A DNA stretch of 64,000 bases from Rhodosorus marinus CCMP1338 (lineage: Eukaryota > Plantae > Rhodophyta). A program made the position numbers and the translations under genes. The DNA is taken from assembly GCA_029953675.1 (NCBI GenBank), contig JAMWBK010000004.1, forward strand, positions 2,666,001-2,730,000, written 5' to 3'. Shown here one piece after another: positions 48,251-60,692 of this stretch; the stretch's first letter is position 1, and the number at the start of each line of letters is the position of its first letter. A model generated the notes under the pieces. The model searched no databases and was not told the DNA's origin. It saw nothing but the letters and a program-made list of their open reading frames with translations.

Positions 48251-49088
48251 ACGCAAAGATCTGAACGAACACTCATGACTAATCTTCATCCTTTCTAACC
48301 CCCTTCCCAAAAACCATTGTTCACCCCCCCTTGCAGCCCTCTCCACTTTAAACGCAACTCCAAACCCCATTGTCAAACCCCGATATTTTCATCAGGCCCC
48401 AAAAAGGACTAATTTATTACTTAATTCATTATAATACGGCAACTCGATATATATAAATCTCTTTCACACGGGTAAGCAATTCTGCATTTGGTTTTCCGTT
48501 GAGAGTTCATTGGAATACCATCCGGGTAGCAACTCAGGTCTCAAGAACACGGGAACGTTGCGTATCTTTCGCATCCCCGCGCCTTGAGATTCGCGATTGT
48601 TGGATCAGCTGTCTATACTGAACTACAAGTATCTAAATCGTATCAGCAGACTAGCACCATGGTCGATTGGAATTGTCAAGGACCGAGTCGTTTGTAGTAT
48701 AACCCCCGCAAGGAGGAGGGAAAGAGTATCATCTACCATACGGCAACTTTTTGGGGAGCGTGATGAATCATATCTCTTGCAAAGTCATTTGAGGGGAATT
48801 TGGAATGACTAGAGGAGGATTTTCTGAACTGAAGTGCAGCTAGAGCGAGGTAGTTTTAAGTTTATAACGTTATAAGGGCGTTGTTCTACTATTGGTTCCC
48901 TTTTTTGTTGGGTGGCGGGGGGTTGAGAGGAGGGTTTGGCTCAAGAGTCTGGCAGACGAGAGGGGTGTACTGAGATTTTTTTTTTGGGTTCAAACGTTCT
49001 AGCATTGTATATCAGAGTCTGCTGGCTTGAATTTAGTGGTACAGTGTTTTTGGTGCTGGTTGTGCGGATTAGTGGATTTCAATCTTCG

Positions 49089-51421
49089 ATGGATGACGAA
49101 CGTGGAAGTGAGGACGGCAGCACGATGGTTGAGTCGGCGGAAATCAAGAGGACCGACACAATGGAGCTCTTGAAGAAGCTCAAGGTGACCGTCGGGAAGG
49201 ATGCGGCTTCAATTCACGATCATCCGAAGATCAAGACGCTCATTTCTGAGGAAGAGGTTGCGATGTATTCAAAGACGATCGGTCCCGATCCGAACGCTCA
49301 CTTCAATGAGCCGTCGAAGGTATGCTGGTCTTCCGCTCTTTCTTCAGTCTTTGCACTTGGAAACGGATGCTCATGTGTTGCATCCGACTTATGCGTCTTC
49401 GTTTCGCGATCTGCTCATTCCGCCAGTTAAGCGATTGGTGCGAGGTTAACGTTACGCGGAGCCCACTTGCTGAGGACAAGAAGTCAGCAAGCTTCATATC
49501 TCCGAACGAGACGATTCTTGTAGATGTCATTTCTCATACCAAGCATGCGACAGTCTCTAGAGAATTCTTGAGAGCTGGACCGCGGGAACTTATCGCAACG
49601 GATCCAAGACATGTGAAGGTTTGTTCCGACCAATCCCACTCCTTTTGGTGCACTCGCGCATAATAGCGCACACGTATCCTCGCTCAAGTCATTGTATTGT
49701 CCTTCATCAGGCGGCTATTGTCACTTGCGGAGGACTTTGTCCCGGACTAAACACTGTTGTCCGTGAAGTATTCATGGCATTGAAGAACTTGTATGGTGTG
49801 GAGCAAATTTACGGAATTCCGTACGGATACAAAGGATTTTATGAACCGGACCTTGAAATCCGATTACTCACCGTGAGCCCCTGCGTTGAAAGGTTGGTGT
49901 ATAGAACTCTATTGATGCAGATTTCTCACCTCCCCGCTCCGCGTTTTGCTGCGCGCAGGAGGAATTTGTCAGCGATATTCATCACGAAGGTGGTAGTGTT
50001 CTAGGAAGCTCCAGAGGTGGTCACCATACAAAGATGATTTGCGACGCCATTGTTGATTTTGAGTTCAACCAAGTCTATATCATCGGTGGAGATGGAACGC
50101 ATCGGGGTGCGATCAAGATCTACGAGGAGCTCAAGTCCCGCAAGTTGAAGGCGTCCATCATTGGAATACCTAAGACTATTGACAACGATATTGCTCTGAT
50201 TGATCGGAGTTTCGGTTTCGACACGGCCGTCGAGGAGGCTCAAAGAGCGATCGACTCTGCGAAGACTGAGGCTATAAGCGCATTCAACGGTATGTACACC
50301 ATGTGTCAAACTGCTTGTCGAAGCTGTTTAAAAGAGAACCTCATTTTTCTTCCCGACGAACGCTCTCTAGGCATCGGACTAGTCAAGCTGATGGGCAGGC
50401 ATTCCGGTCACATAGCCATGTTCTCAACCCTAGCATCTAGAGATGTGGATGTGTGTCTTATACCCGAAGTCAAGTTCGTCCTTGAGGGTCCGAATGTAAT
50501 GCACTCATCTAGTCAGCTGCGACAAAGACAAGTAGGGAACCCAATGGATGCTGAAGTGACGGATTTCTTCCTTTTCGGTTTGTCTGTTCCTTCGCCACGC
50601 GGAAACAGGGATTGTTCGCGTATCTGGAGAAGCTCTTGCACCAGAAGGGGCATGCGGTTATTGTTATTGCTGAAGGTGCTGGAGAGGAGCTCTTGGACCA
50701 GAGTCAAATGACGAGAGATGCTTCAGGTACGAGATAGATGGACCTAGAAAAAAGCTAACAATCCAAGAATCTCCGACTTTTGCCGCGCTAAGTTTATCAT
50801 CCGCTGTTTCCGCACTTGCTAGGGAACGTTAAAAAAACGCAGGATGTTGGCTTATGGCTGAAGGGTCAGATTGTAGATCACTTCAAGACTACTAAGGAGG
50901 ACATGACACTCAAGTAGGCAATTTGGAAGAGCTTTTGCGCAGCTAATACCTGCGGTAGAACGTTCCTTTGCTGAGATTCTACCGTATCGTCGTAGGTATA
51001 TTGATCCGACGTATATGATCCGCACGGTTGCAGCGAATGCTAGCGACAACCTCTACTGCGGTGTTTTGGGACAGAACGCGGTTCATGGAGCTTTTGCTGG
51101 TCTTAGGTATGCTTCCCGAACCTCTGGATTCGATGAGTCATCGACGCTAACCTGTTTCTCCATATGAGCTGAGAATTCTTCGTTCCTCTCAACAATACCC
51201 CAGTGGTTTCACGGTTGGGCTGATAAACACCTACTATGTGTATATTCCGATGGGGGAGATATCGGTCGGAAGAATGAAGGTACGTTACTCCTTGCTGAAC
51301 AACAAGTAGGTGTTATGAGGGCAAACGCTCTAACTTTTTACACAAACCAACGCAGGTCGACGTCCATAGTAGAATGTGGCATCGCGTAATATCAACTACG
51401 AGGCAACCTCAGCTGTACTAA
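49089..51421 (+). CDS. pfk: ATP-dependent 6-phosphofructokinase (plant/group X type), multi-exon
   Basis: [68 protein letters not shown]. Confidence 0.95.
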
Positions 51422-51885
51422 AAGGCTACAGCCATAAAGCGAACGGTATTCGGCCGTTACGGTTTGGACTTATTGGTTTCCCAATGAACAAACGCCCGGC
51501 AGTAGTACGTAGAGTACGCGAATTGGTCCCACGAATGTAAAATAGAAGCGCCCATTTATGTACTGAACAAGCGCGACACCAAAAAAACATCCTTAAGGAA
51601 AAAAAGTGCCAAAAGTCCCAAGCTCAAATTTTGCTATCAAAAGCTCTTCATGTTCCCAAACGGTTCCAGGCTAGTACCAGATCCGAAGGGCGAAACTCGT
51701 CCAAACCCAACCTCAGGGGGTCCGGAACCGAAAATACGGGCTCCCTAGCTGGTAAGATAAACTTCGAGAGCAAGATCTCCTGATTTGAGATTAGATGATC
51801 TGCCCTTCCAACACCAGTCCTCCCTACGATTGCTCTGAAAACATGGGACAAGATGTACCCGCCATAAGCCTCGCCCGAGACCCTA

Positions 51886-54800
51886 CTAGAGCTTAACGAG
51901 AGCGGCGGAGAGTTCCTTGAGTTTTGCTCTGGCGTCAGATATCGCAGAGGTGCGACTTTCCCGAATCTCTGTGAAAAATTTATCGATCAAGCTCCGGGTA
52001 GCTTCACTCGAGTCCTAATATATTGCGAAAGGGGTTATCAACCAGTTAACAATCCTCGTCTCTGCACTGCCGCGGGTATTATTCGGTTCATTAGCCGCAT
52101 ACGTAGGTTTGGTACTTCTCCAGAAGCGAGGACGGGTTCCCCTTGGGCAGCCGCACTTTGTCGGCTAGCAGCTTCCCATTTGCTTCAAGATCTTTACAAG
52201 CCTGAGAAATCTTCTTCGCGCATGCTCCCAGCGCGTCCCTAGAGGCTTTCATCTGTTTCGGAACACGGCAATCAACGCATCTTCGTTTGAGCGATGGAAA
52301 AGCACACTAGCGCGCTGAAGTAGTGGCTACGCTTCTCACCTTTTCATTTGTCTTACCACTCGGTTTCTTCGTATTTTTCCCTTGAGGAGCTTGCAAGTCT
52401 CTCTTAGCCACTTTAAATACCAAATGAATAGCGCAGAGGCATTCATAACATAGTCGGGAGTACTGGGATAGGATGCGGCGGTCACTCTTCAGGGACGTGT
52501 TTGGTTCGTATTGAGTTAGGCTCGATTGAAAACTTCGGATTAATCCCAATGCAGACTTCTCTATGTCGTTCACAACGTCCTTCGTTGCTTCGGCATTGTC
52601 AACTTTTGCGTGGGAGAAGAGACAAAACGGTTCAGCGGTATGGATTTTCTTGAGACTGATTCAGGTATATCCAACCTCCAGGTCCCTTCGTGCACTCCTG
52701 TTTCAAGATCACCGAATGTCTGTACAGTTCGAAAAGATGCGCATACACTTCCCCAAGCTCCTTCGACTGAGGACTGAGCGACGGACTCTTCAAATTTTCA
52801 TTGAAGGCTAGAATTTGACTCTAGGCATCACGAGTCGTGAACTGTTGTTCAGTTCAACGTTGGCCTTATATTGAACCTTTTCAGTCCAGGCTTACCTCAG
52901 AAGGTACGAAATCATCTAATACGGCAATATCGCTGAGCATCTCTACCAGCAACTTGCTGAATATCATCTCTTGCAGCTAACATGGTGGGAGGTCAACCCC
53001 AAACCAAAAAAACGATTAATGGTTTTGGATCAGTTCCGGCCAAATCCCGGTTTGGGAAAGCCGCTTCTCACCTCTTCCTGTGAGCTAACAAAAGGGTTGT
53101 CTTTGCAATCCTGAAACCAAAACTTCAGAACGTCGAGATCCTCGTCATTCGACAAACGATTCATATCTACAGCGCCTCTAAAAGCACTACCACCGACACC
53201 ACTTTGAAAAGTGGTTTTATAATAACTTAAAGTTTTCCCACCAGCTCTTGCGAGGGACATTAGCCCCAGTCCGATCTGCAGCGCGACGCAACCGAGAGAC
53301 CAATCTGAGCATCCCGGAAACGTCCGCGTCTGGCATTCACTCTCAAGTTCCCAGAACATACCTCGGCTTGTATAACAGTTTTCGATCTTGAAAGCCTATC
53401 TCTGAAACCGATGAAGTCCAGCGAAACAAACGCCGTGCTCTTCTGGAAAGCGGTGAGGACTGCATTCGCTGAATCCGTTTCTGCCTTCCTTCTAAAATTC
53501 AGTATCCGTTCTGCGACTGTCACCGACGCTTCCGTATAACCTAGCAGGAGCAAGTCATCGAGAACCAGATACGATAGGGATAGCAGTTGAATATAATCAA
53601 CCTTCAACCGCCCGAAAAGAATCTGGTCGAAGACATGGAAGATATGAGAAAAAGCCTTAAGAACGAGAGCCGACACTCGCGACGAGGGGTGGGGAGCAGA
53701 CGACAAAAATATCTCCAAGCAAACAAGATCGCTGAGCTACAACCCTACCTCGAAGGACAAGTCTGCAACACCGAATCTGTTCAGTAAAACTGCGGCAAGG
53801 ATATTGAGCTGTCTGTTGTCGACGTCGTTCAAGATACTTCTGTACACGAGCCCCAGCATGTCGAGCACGGCAGCAGGGGAATCCTCCATTGGATCCGGAT
53901 AGCGGGATCTCACAATTAGGGCTACTAAGTCCGAAGCGTTGTCCCCTAAATCAGGCAGAGGATGGGAAGCAATTCTCTCAGCAATATGAAAGCGCTTGAA
54001 TGAAAGCGCTGCTTTAAACCGGTTGCCAGTGCTAACCAGTAAGTGAGTCGGTGGAAGCCTCTCGATCCATGTGCTCCTCGGAGAGCAGCTTCATAAGCAT
54101 ATCCAAGTCAAGACCAGACTTCGTCAACTCCTTCTGCGCCCGACATAGGCTAATGAGGTTTCTCCGATCGCCTTCGGCTGAGACGCTCTCTATAAGTTTC
54201 CAAGCCTTCTCCTTCTCATCCTCTGTCAGTAATCCGTAATAGATTTCTAAATTTTCGCTACATATTGGCTTCGACGACATCGCGGAGAAGTAGTCCGCAA
54301 GGGTCTCGGGTGGATCGGTTGAGAGGGAGGCGTACAAATTGTCGTAACCTATAGATGTTTTCAGCGTAACCGACAACGAGGAAGAAGCTGAGCGGCCCAA
54401 TTATCGCAGATTGATCGTAAAACTACGCACGAGTTCTTCCATATGAACTCACTCCTGCGTCTCTTCTCAAACTCCAGCTTGGCCAAGGTCGCCGCATGGT
54501 GCCCCTGTTTTCTTTCCTTTTGTTTGACGATCGTGGACTGGACCACTTCGTAACAATCTCGTACGACCTCGGCTTCACCCGAGTGGAATGCCAGCCGGAT
54601 GTACTCCGTCCAATACAGCCAATTCTCATCGTCTTCCTGCTCAAGCAGCGTTCTGTAGGTCTCCCGTGCTTCCTCAACGGCACCTACAAAAGTTTGGAAA
54701 ACGAAAACTCTCTCACGTTGGCTAACAGTCAGGAATTTTCCACACACAGATAAAACGTTTTTCCTACCACACAGATTCAACGCATTTCCGAGTTCTTCTA

Positions 54801-55688
54801 ATCGTTCGGCCTCTATTTTAAAGGCTTTTCCTAGGGCACCATCTGCGGCCATTGCCTCGGAGACTGTCTGCCCATCTCCAGCATCACATAAAACGACCAG
54901 GAACAATCGGGCCATTTCCGGTTCTATTTTCTCGTTCTCCTTCAGTTTCTTCTTCACCATAGCAGATGCGAGGACACTCAAGCGACGATCAGCGTTGTTG
55001 AAGCGAATCTTTTATAAATCACAACCATTTGAACGCCGAGATTGTGCAACGAAGAGCTTGCATTTCAGAACATTGGGATTCTGCGCTTATGGAAGCAGGC
55101 TTCCAACTCACTTGAAGTACGTTGCATAGAATTGAGAATACGGGATAATCCGCATTCTTTACGTCCCGCTTCTGCAGTCTGGCAATGACGCGTTGTGCAG
55201 CTGCGAAATCCCCAGCTAGGATATATCTGCCAAAGGTCTTCTGACCAAGAACGATATTGTTCTGATCTCGGATCCAGCAAGTGTTGCAGAATTCCGCGCT
55301 CTCAGCAATCTGCATCGTTTCATCGCAGTAATGCTGCACAGTAGGTTTCCATCAGACGGACTCAATCTGTCAGTTTCTGGACTTCACGGAGAAATAACCA
55401 TGAAATCTGAGATGTACGTACCATCATTATCTCGATGTCATCTAAGTCTGCAGACGATTTCCCACTGCCGATGCTCTCTCGGACCTCATCAATGAGCGGA
55501 TCTGCCTCATCCCGCTTCGACATGAAAAGGAGCGCAAGCGCTTTCCTGATCTTCGGTGAAATCCATCCAGGATGCTTTGTAATCGACTCCGATGTAAGCT
55601 TCACCACCTGTCGATAGTTGTTGCCCGACAGCGAGTCGTCAATGAGCCGCAACCTCCTCTGCGCATCCAGATCAGAAGGTACGCTCAT
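51886..55688 (-). CDS. NAA25: NatB auxiliary subunit NAA25/MDM20, multi-exon
   Basis: N-terminus QRRLRLIDDSLSGNNYRQVVKL...KIRKALAL matches the ERRLRPIYDxLD..N.K.A signature; TPR-like exons, HAATLAKLEFEK, CVALQIGLGLMSLA. Confidence 0.85.
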
Positions 55689-58600
55689 TGTCCCTCCTAA
55701 ACAAGATTTTTTTTGATTTCCTATAACCCTCGCTTTGCCTCCACCTCTACCACAGCCGTTCCAAAACACGACGGATCCACTTCCAGCAGCCGGAGAATGC
55801 CAATATGAAAACGATCTCAAAAAATCAAAAAAACATGTACATGTACAGAACGGTCAAGCTCGAAATCTGCGCTGCTCAATCAATCGATCCATAGCCTCTA
55901 AACGAACACTTTAGCTAGCACACGTGCTTTGCTCAACATCGTTTATATGGCATTAGAGCAATCCCAGTCTCACCCTCCTCAATCTCTCCGACTTATCGGC
56001 CTGAGTCAAAATATCCTCACCCCGAGCGCGCGACGACAGTCTGTCTTTGTCGTTTTGGACAGTCTGTCCTTATGTTAGTTGGGATAGGATAGTGCTATCG
56101 GATTGTTGAGTTATGTGGATGGGAGTGTGGGACTACCAAGCCGCCCGGGAAATTTTGAGTGCGTCTTCCATGGCCAGAAGAGAACAAAAATGCTGTGTTT
56201 TAGGAAAGAGCTCAGTTCCAGAAGTGGAGAGGCTAGAATGCGACGGCTCCTGCCCCCGGGGGGGAGGGGGCGGGGGGGTGGGGGGTTGTTGTCGAAAGGC
56301 AGCACAACATCGGCGAACAATCCCGATGTTGAAGATAAATCACGCGCGCCGCTGTGATCGCTTGATGAGTAGCGTGGGTTTAGATCTCCGTAGACGCACT
56401 TGGTCTCTGTCAACTTTTGCTTGTGGCAGCTGCGCGTCTTTTTATATCTGTGGGCTTGGGCACGTTCTTTCATTTTTTTTTTTTTAGGCCTTGTGAAACT
56501 GCTCTGATCTGAGTCGGCACCTCCCGCGCTTGTGGGAGATGGGGAAAGAGATGTTCTCGAGCGTGCTATCGTGAGATACCACTAGTTCTACCAAGCCTGT
56601 GCCTGTGGGCAGCCAGAAGCATAGCAAGGATTGGGCTGAATCTCAAGGATGCTTCCTATAAGCCGGGGTGGTTTCGTTGGTTTGCGTACCCAACGAGACA
56701 GCGGTGGTTGGTGATTGGACTTGGCGGAGGTCAGGTGCCGGGGAGGCAGCTGTGTAAAGCATTAGGGCCCCCTTTCCGCAGAGAGGGAGCGACTCTCAGG
56801 CTTCTATCGATGGGGAGAAAAGCTGAGCTACAGCGTTCAAAACGTTGATCTGTACCTTCACGATGACAACCTCAATCCGCCCATGTTCCCGGTGAGCAAC
56901 TATCTCCGTGTTTCCGCGATGCGCATAGGACGCGCGACCATGACCATTGGTTCAATGGTGATCACGAGGTTTGTGCATCGACCACGCGACCGTGGTATGG
57001 AAGTGTGAGAGGGATACCTAGGCTTGCTTCTTGGAAGCTGCCTGATGTTGGAGGCGATTTAACGCACTAAAAGTAGCCGTCGAAACTGCTGGGTCATATG
57101 CCCGAGAGACCGAAAATAGTGCCTTGTCGACTTGGCTCATTTTGCTGTACGTACAATGCGCAAATCGTTGCGACTGCAGTTCACTCCTCGACCATAGAGG
57201 CCTTGCTTCGGAGTGCTTGGACTCTAAAGATGGGAACCGGGGATTACTTCAATCAATCTGACTTGCTCGCTCATGAATATTTCTTAGCGACAGTGGTGAG
57301 CGGCCAAGGTCTTTGAAAATCTTGATGGAATCCGCGAACGAAACATGGAAGTGTTCTATTCCCCTGACAACCTTGAGGACTGGTTCTTTGGACGCGGAAA
57401 TATTCTTCCACTGCTTCCTGGCAACCCCAGATGCTCTACAACGGCTTGGATCGTATTCATCCCGTGTTCCCGGTTAGTGGACGAAAAAAGTTCTGGATTT
57501 GAGGTACTAGCGAAAGAGCTATCGAGAAGGTCAGCAGTAGGGTTGTAAGTTTTGGAACTTACAAAAGTGATCGCCAGAAGTAGTAATTTTGCTGTGAAGG
57601 TGAAGAGGAGGTCAAGGGAGAGAAAAAGAAATGGGCATTTCTTACCTTTCCAACTGATTATTTTGGCTGGAAAGTGTTAGTAACGACGTGAAGATTTATT
57701 TCTTCATGATGCATTAATTCTTTCCAGAAAGCTCTTCGTCACCTAATTAACTTCGGGTCTGGATGACAAAACATCCCCGGATGAATGCAAACTTTTCTCT
57801 GAAGAAACAACAATATTCCGCAGTTCATCCCGAAGCACCCAGCGAATTATATTTGTTTTTTCTGTCAACGAAGTCCAGTAGCTGCTTACTCCTACCTTAC
57901 TAAGGATTCTCTCTTTCTACGTCTCCGGTTTGGGATTTTTTCAACATGTATCAACCACCCCTTATCAAGTCCTTCCGAGCAGCCAACTAAAAAAAAAAAC
58001 AACCAACCCCCCGAGAGTCACACGGAGGTAGGAACAAGACAGACCAAGCACCAGGAGTGAACTATCCGCAGCAAATGTACTAGCGTTCAACCTACTGCCC
58101 ATCTCTCTCATCCGATTCATCAAAGTTTTTCTCCAAATAGGTAATCGACACAGAAGAAAACAAAGACGTCACCGCACCCATTAATGTCATTCTACGTACC
58201 TGCCGATCATCAATAAATGTCGAATAAATTTCTAAAATACAAACCCCAAAAGGGGATACTGTCCCGCACAACTACGTAGGACAGATCTGAATTGCTGCAC
58301 TAGCAGTTCGGTATTTCCTTTTCAAGTTTTTTTGCTTAGTGTTTTGTTCACAAAAAAACAACTTAACCAGAGGTCTTTTAATCCATTTCTACAATAAGTA
58401 AAAAAAAGGGGCTTGAGCTTGGGACGATAAAAAAACCCAGGGAATGTTTATTCAATAATCATTCGGAGGTTAAGGTTAGGGGCTGCCTTGCTTGAGAGGA
58501 GCACAGCCGGTAATTAGAAAGAACTTAGTTGCTGACTTGGTTGAAACTAATTAACAAACTACCCTATATAAAAATATGTCCCTCAATTAACATATTTAGG

Positions 58601-59948
58601 ATAATACAGATACAATCACGGAATTCATTGCCCATTAAAATTTTATTTTAGAACTATTTTCTGTTTTAGACTATTTATGGACAAAATACGTTCTATAGAA
58701 CGTATTTTATACTACTTTAGTATGTCTAGATAAGTCATACAATTTTAGTTTACTACCCCCAGATTTGAATAATCTCGCAACTTTTGTTAGCGCCGTGATT
58801 AGTGTTTGAAAAACTAAAGGGGGCGTATGTGTGTGGGAGGAAACGGAACACAAGAGGTGGGGGGGTGTGGTTGAGATGAGGATACAAGTTTAGTTTCCTT
58901 CTGAGGAATAATCGATTCTCTCATTACGTTTCTTATTTCTAAAAAACTTGGCCCCGAAAATGCTCCTTTTTGTGTTTTGTGTTCGTCTATCAACGATCGG
59001 ATACACACCTCTTCCAAATTGAATAAAAAATGATCCCAAGGAGTATAGGTTTTCTTCTAATATTTAAAGGGCCTCCAGAAGAGACTCTCCCCTGTGCGCT
59101 CCCCGGGGTCTGTACTCCTTTGGAATCGGCTAATCAAGTTTTAGATGAAGAGAAGTCTAGACCAATCACAATGACTCTCGATGTAAGGGTGGGCGGGGAG
59201 CTTCAATGTAATTCTTTTTAATATCCGAATGACAACCACGAAAAAAAAGTTGTTAGTTCCGCTGCGGGAAACAAAAATATACACTTTTTGATATGAAATT
59301 CGTAGGGGTAGTGTAAGGGGTAGATGTTTTGGAGTAACTGGAACCTGATTTTATTGAATAATTTGGGGTTTTGCCCGCATGTGCGGAATTTTCCCGGTGG
59401 TACGTAGGCTTCTATTTCCACTGCCGCTTACAGCCTCATCGACAATTTTTTTTCTTCATGTTCATGTGCAGGCTTTTGCTTGTGCGAGGTATTGGAAATT
59501 CTTTGTCTTTAGAGGGAAGTGAAAGGCCATGCTTCGTGTGTAGTGAGGACGGGACCTGTTAGTAACGAATTCTACCGATATCGGATTTCCTGGCCTTTCA
59601 GCAACGGCAAGTCTGCTTGCGCATGGGATGGTGGAAAACTTCTCTCCTCTTGCGCTTGGGGGGGGTTTGCTTCGAGGTACTGTGAAGCACGGACTATTTT
59701 TCAAGTTTTGCGCGGGAAGGTCCACAAACTTTGCTTTGACAAGCTGAAACACTTGTTTGGTCATTTCTGTTAGAATTTTATAAACTGTTAATCTATCCAT
59801 TGCGATAATTAGCCCAGAATAATATGGTTGTTAAAAGGAATCGGGTTGCTGTACACAGATACCCTTCACAAGTGCTCGGACTTATGCGCTTTGCAGTCCA
59901 AAAAGTCGCCGAACAAATCTCCACCGAATATTCACATTTCTCTAATCG

Positions 59949-60692
59949 TCAGGATTCCGGATGCTTCACTCTCTTGTGATTGAACAAGCTTCTCTTCTCA
60001 CTGAACTTCAGTTCGCATTTATCACACTCGAAAGGTCGAATCTTTTCATGAACTGTGCGAATATGTCTGGACAGGTGCGGTTTCTGTCCGAACGCAGCAT
60101 CGCATCGATCACACTTGTATGGTCTCTGCTTCAAATGAACCTATTTAGCCCACCCAAATACTCAAGGTCAGTCAAGTGCCGCCTTGTACAAAGAAGTGCC
60201 AAAACAACGAAGTGAAACGGATCCTTACAGTTTTCATGTGTCCATCCAAATGCGCTCGTTGCTGAAAGGCTGAGCCACATTTCGTACATTGGAAAGGTCT
60301 CCTCCGCTCATGGATAACCTGTACATGCTTTTCTAGTGCAGCACTATCACCAAATGCTGCTTGGCATGACTGGCATTCAAAGGGGTACGCTCTCTGGTGC
60401 ACCGTTCGCACATGCCTATAAAGGCTTGACCTATGCGAGAAGTTTGCTCTGCAATGAGGGCACTGATTCACAGCGGCAGACAGGGGGCCTGAAGTGGAAG
60501 AACTCGCACGAACTTGATGATGACGTTGTCCCTCGGGCACCTATACACAAATTGGTGAGTTGAGTTGCCGATTCATGTGTGGGTTTATCCTTGCCCTCCA
60601 GCACGAACCTTTTCCTCCGTGCCCTCTGAGCCCTTGCCTTTGCCCATAACCGTTCTCCAGAAGTCATCTTTTTCTTCGTCCCCGCCTTCCAT
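59949..60692 (-). CDS. C2H2 zinc-finger protein with 5 fingers (3 exons)
   Basis: CPHC..H..VH, CQSC..H..IH, CTKC..H..VH, CDRC..H..VH, CDKC..H..KH with VH(E/L)xxRP(F/Y) linkers. Confidence 0.93.

Noticed and set aside
50080-50200. Possible PPi-dependent or altered PFK
   Set aside because: GGDGT plus PKTIDND is the ordinary ATP-type signature.
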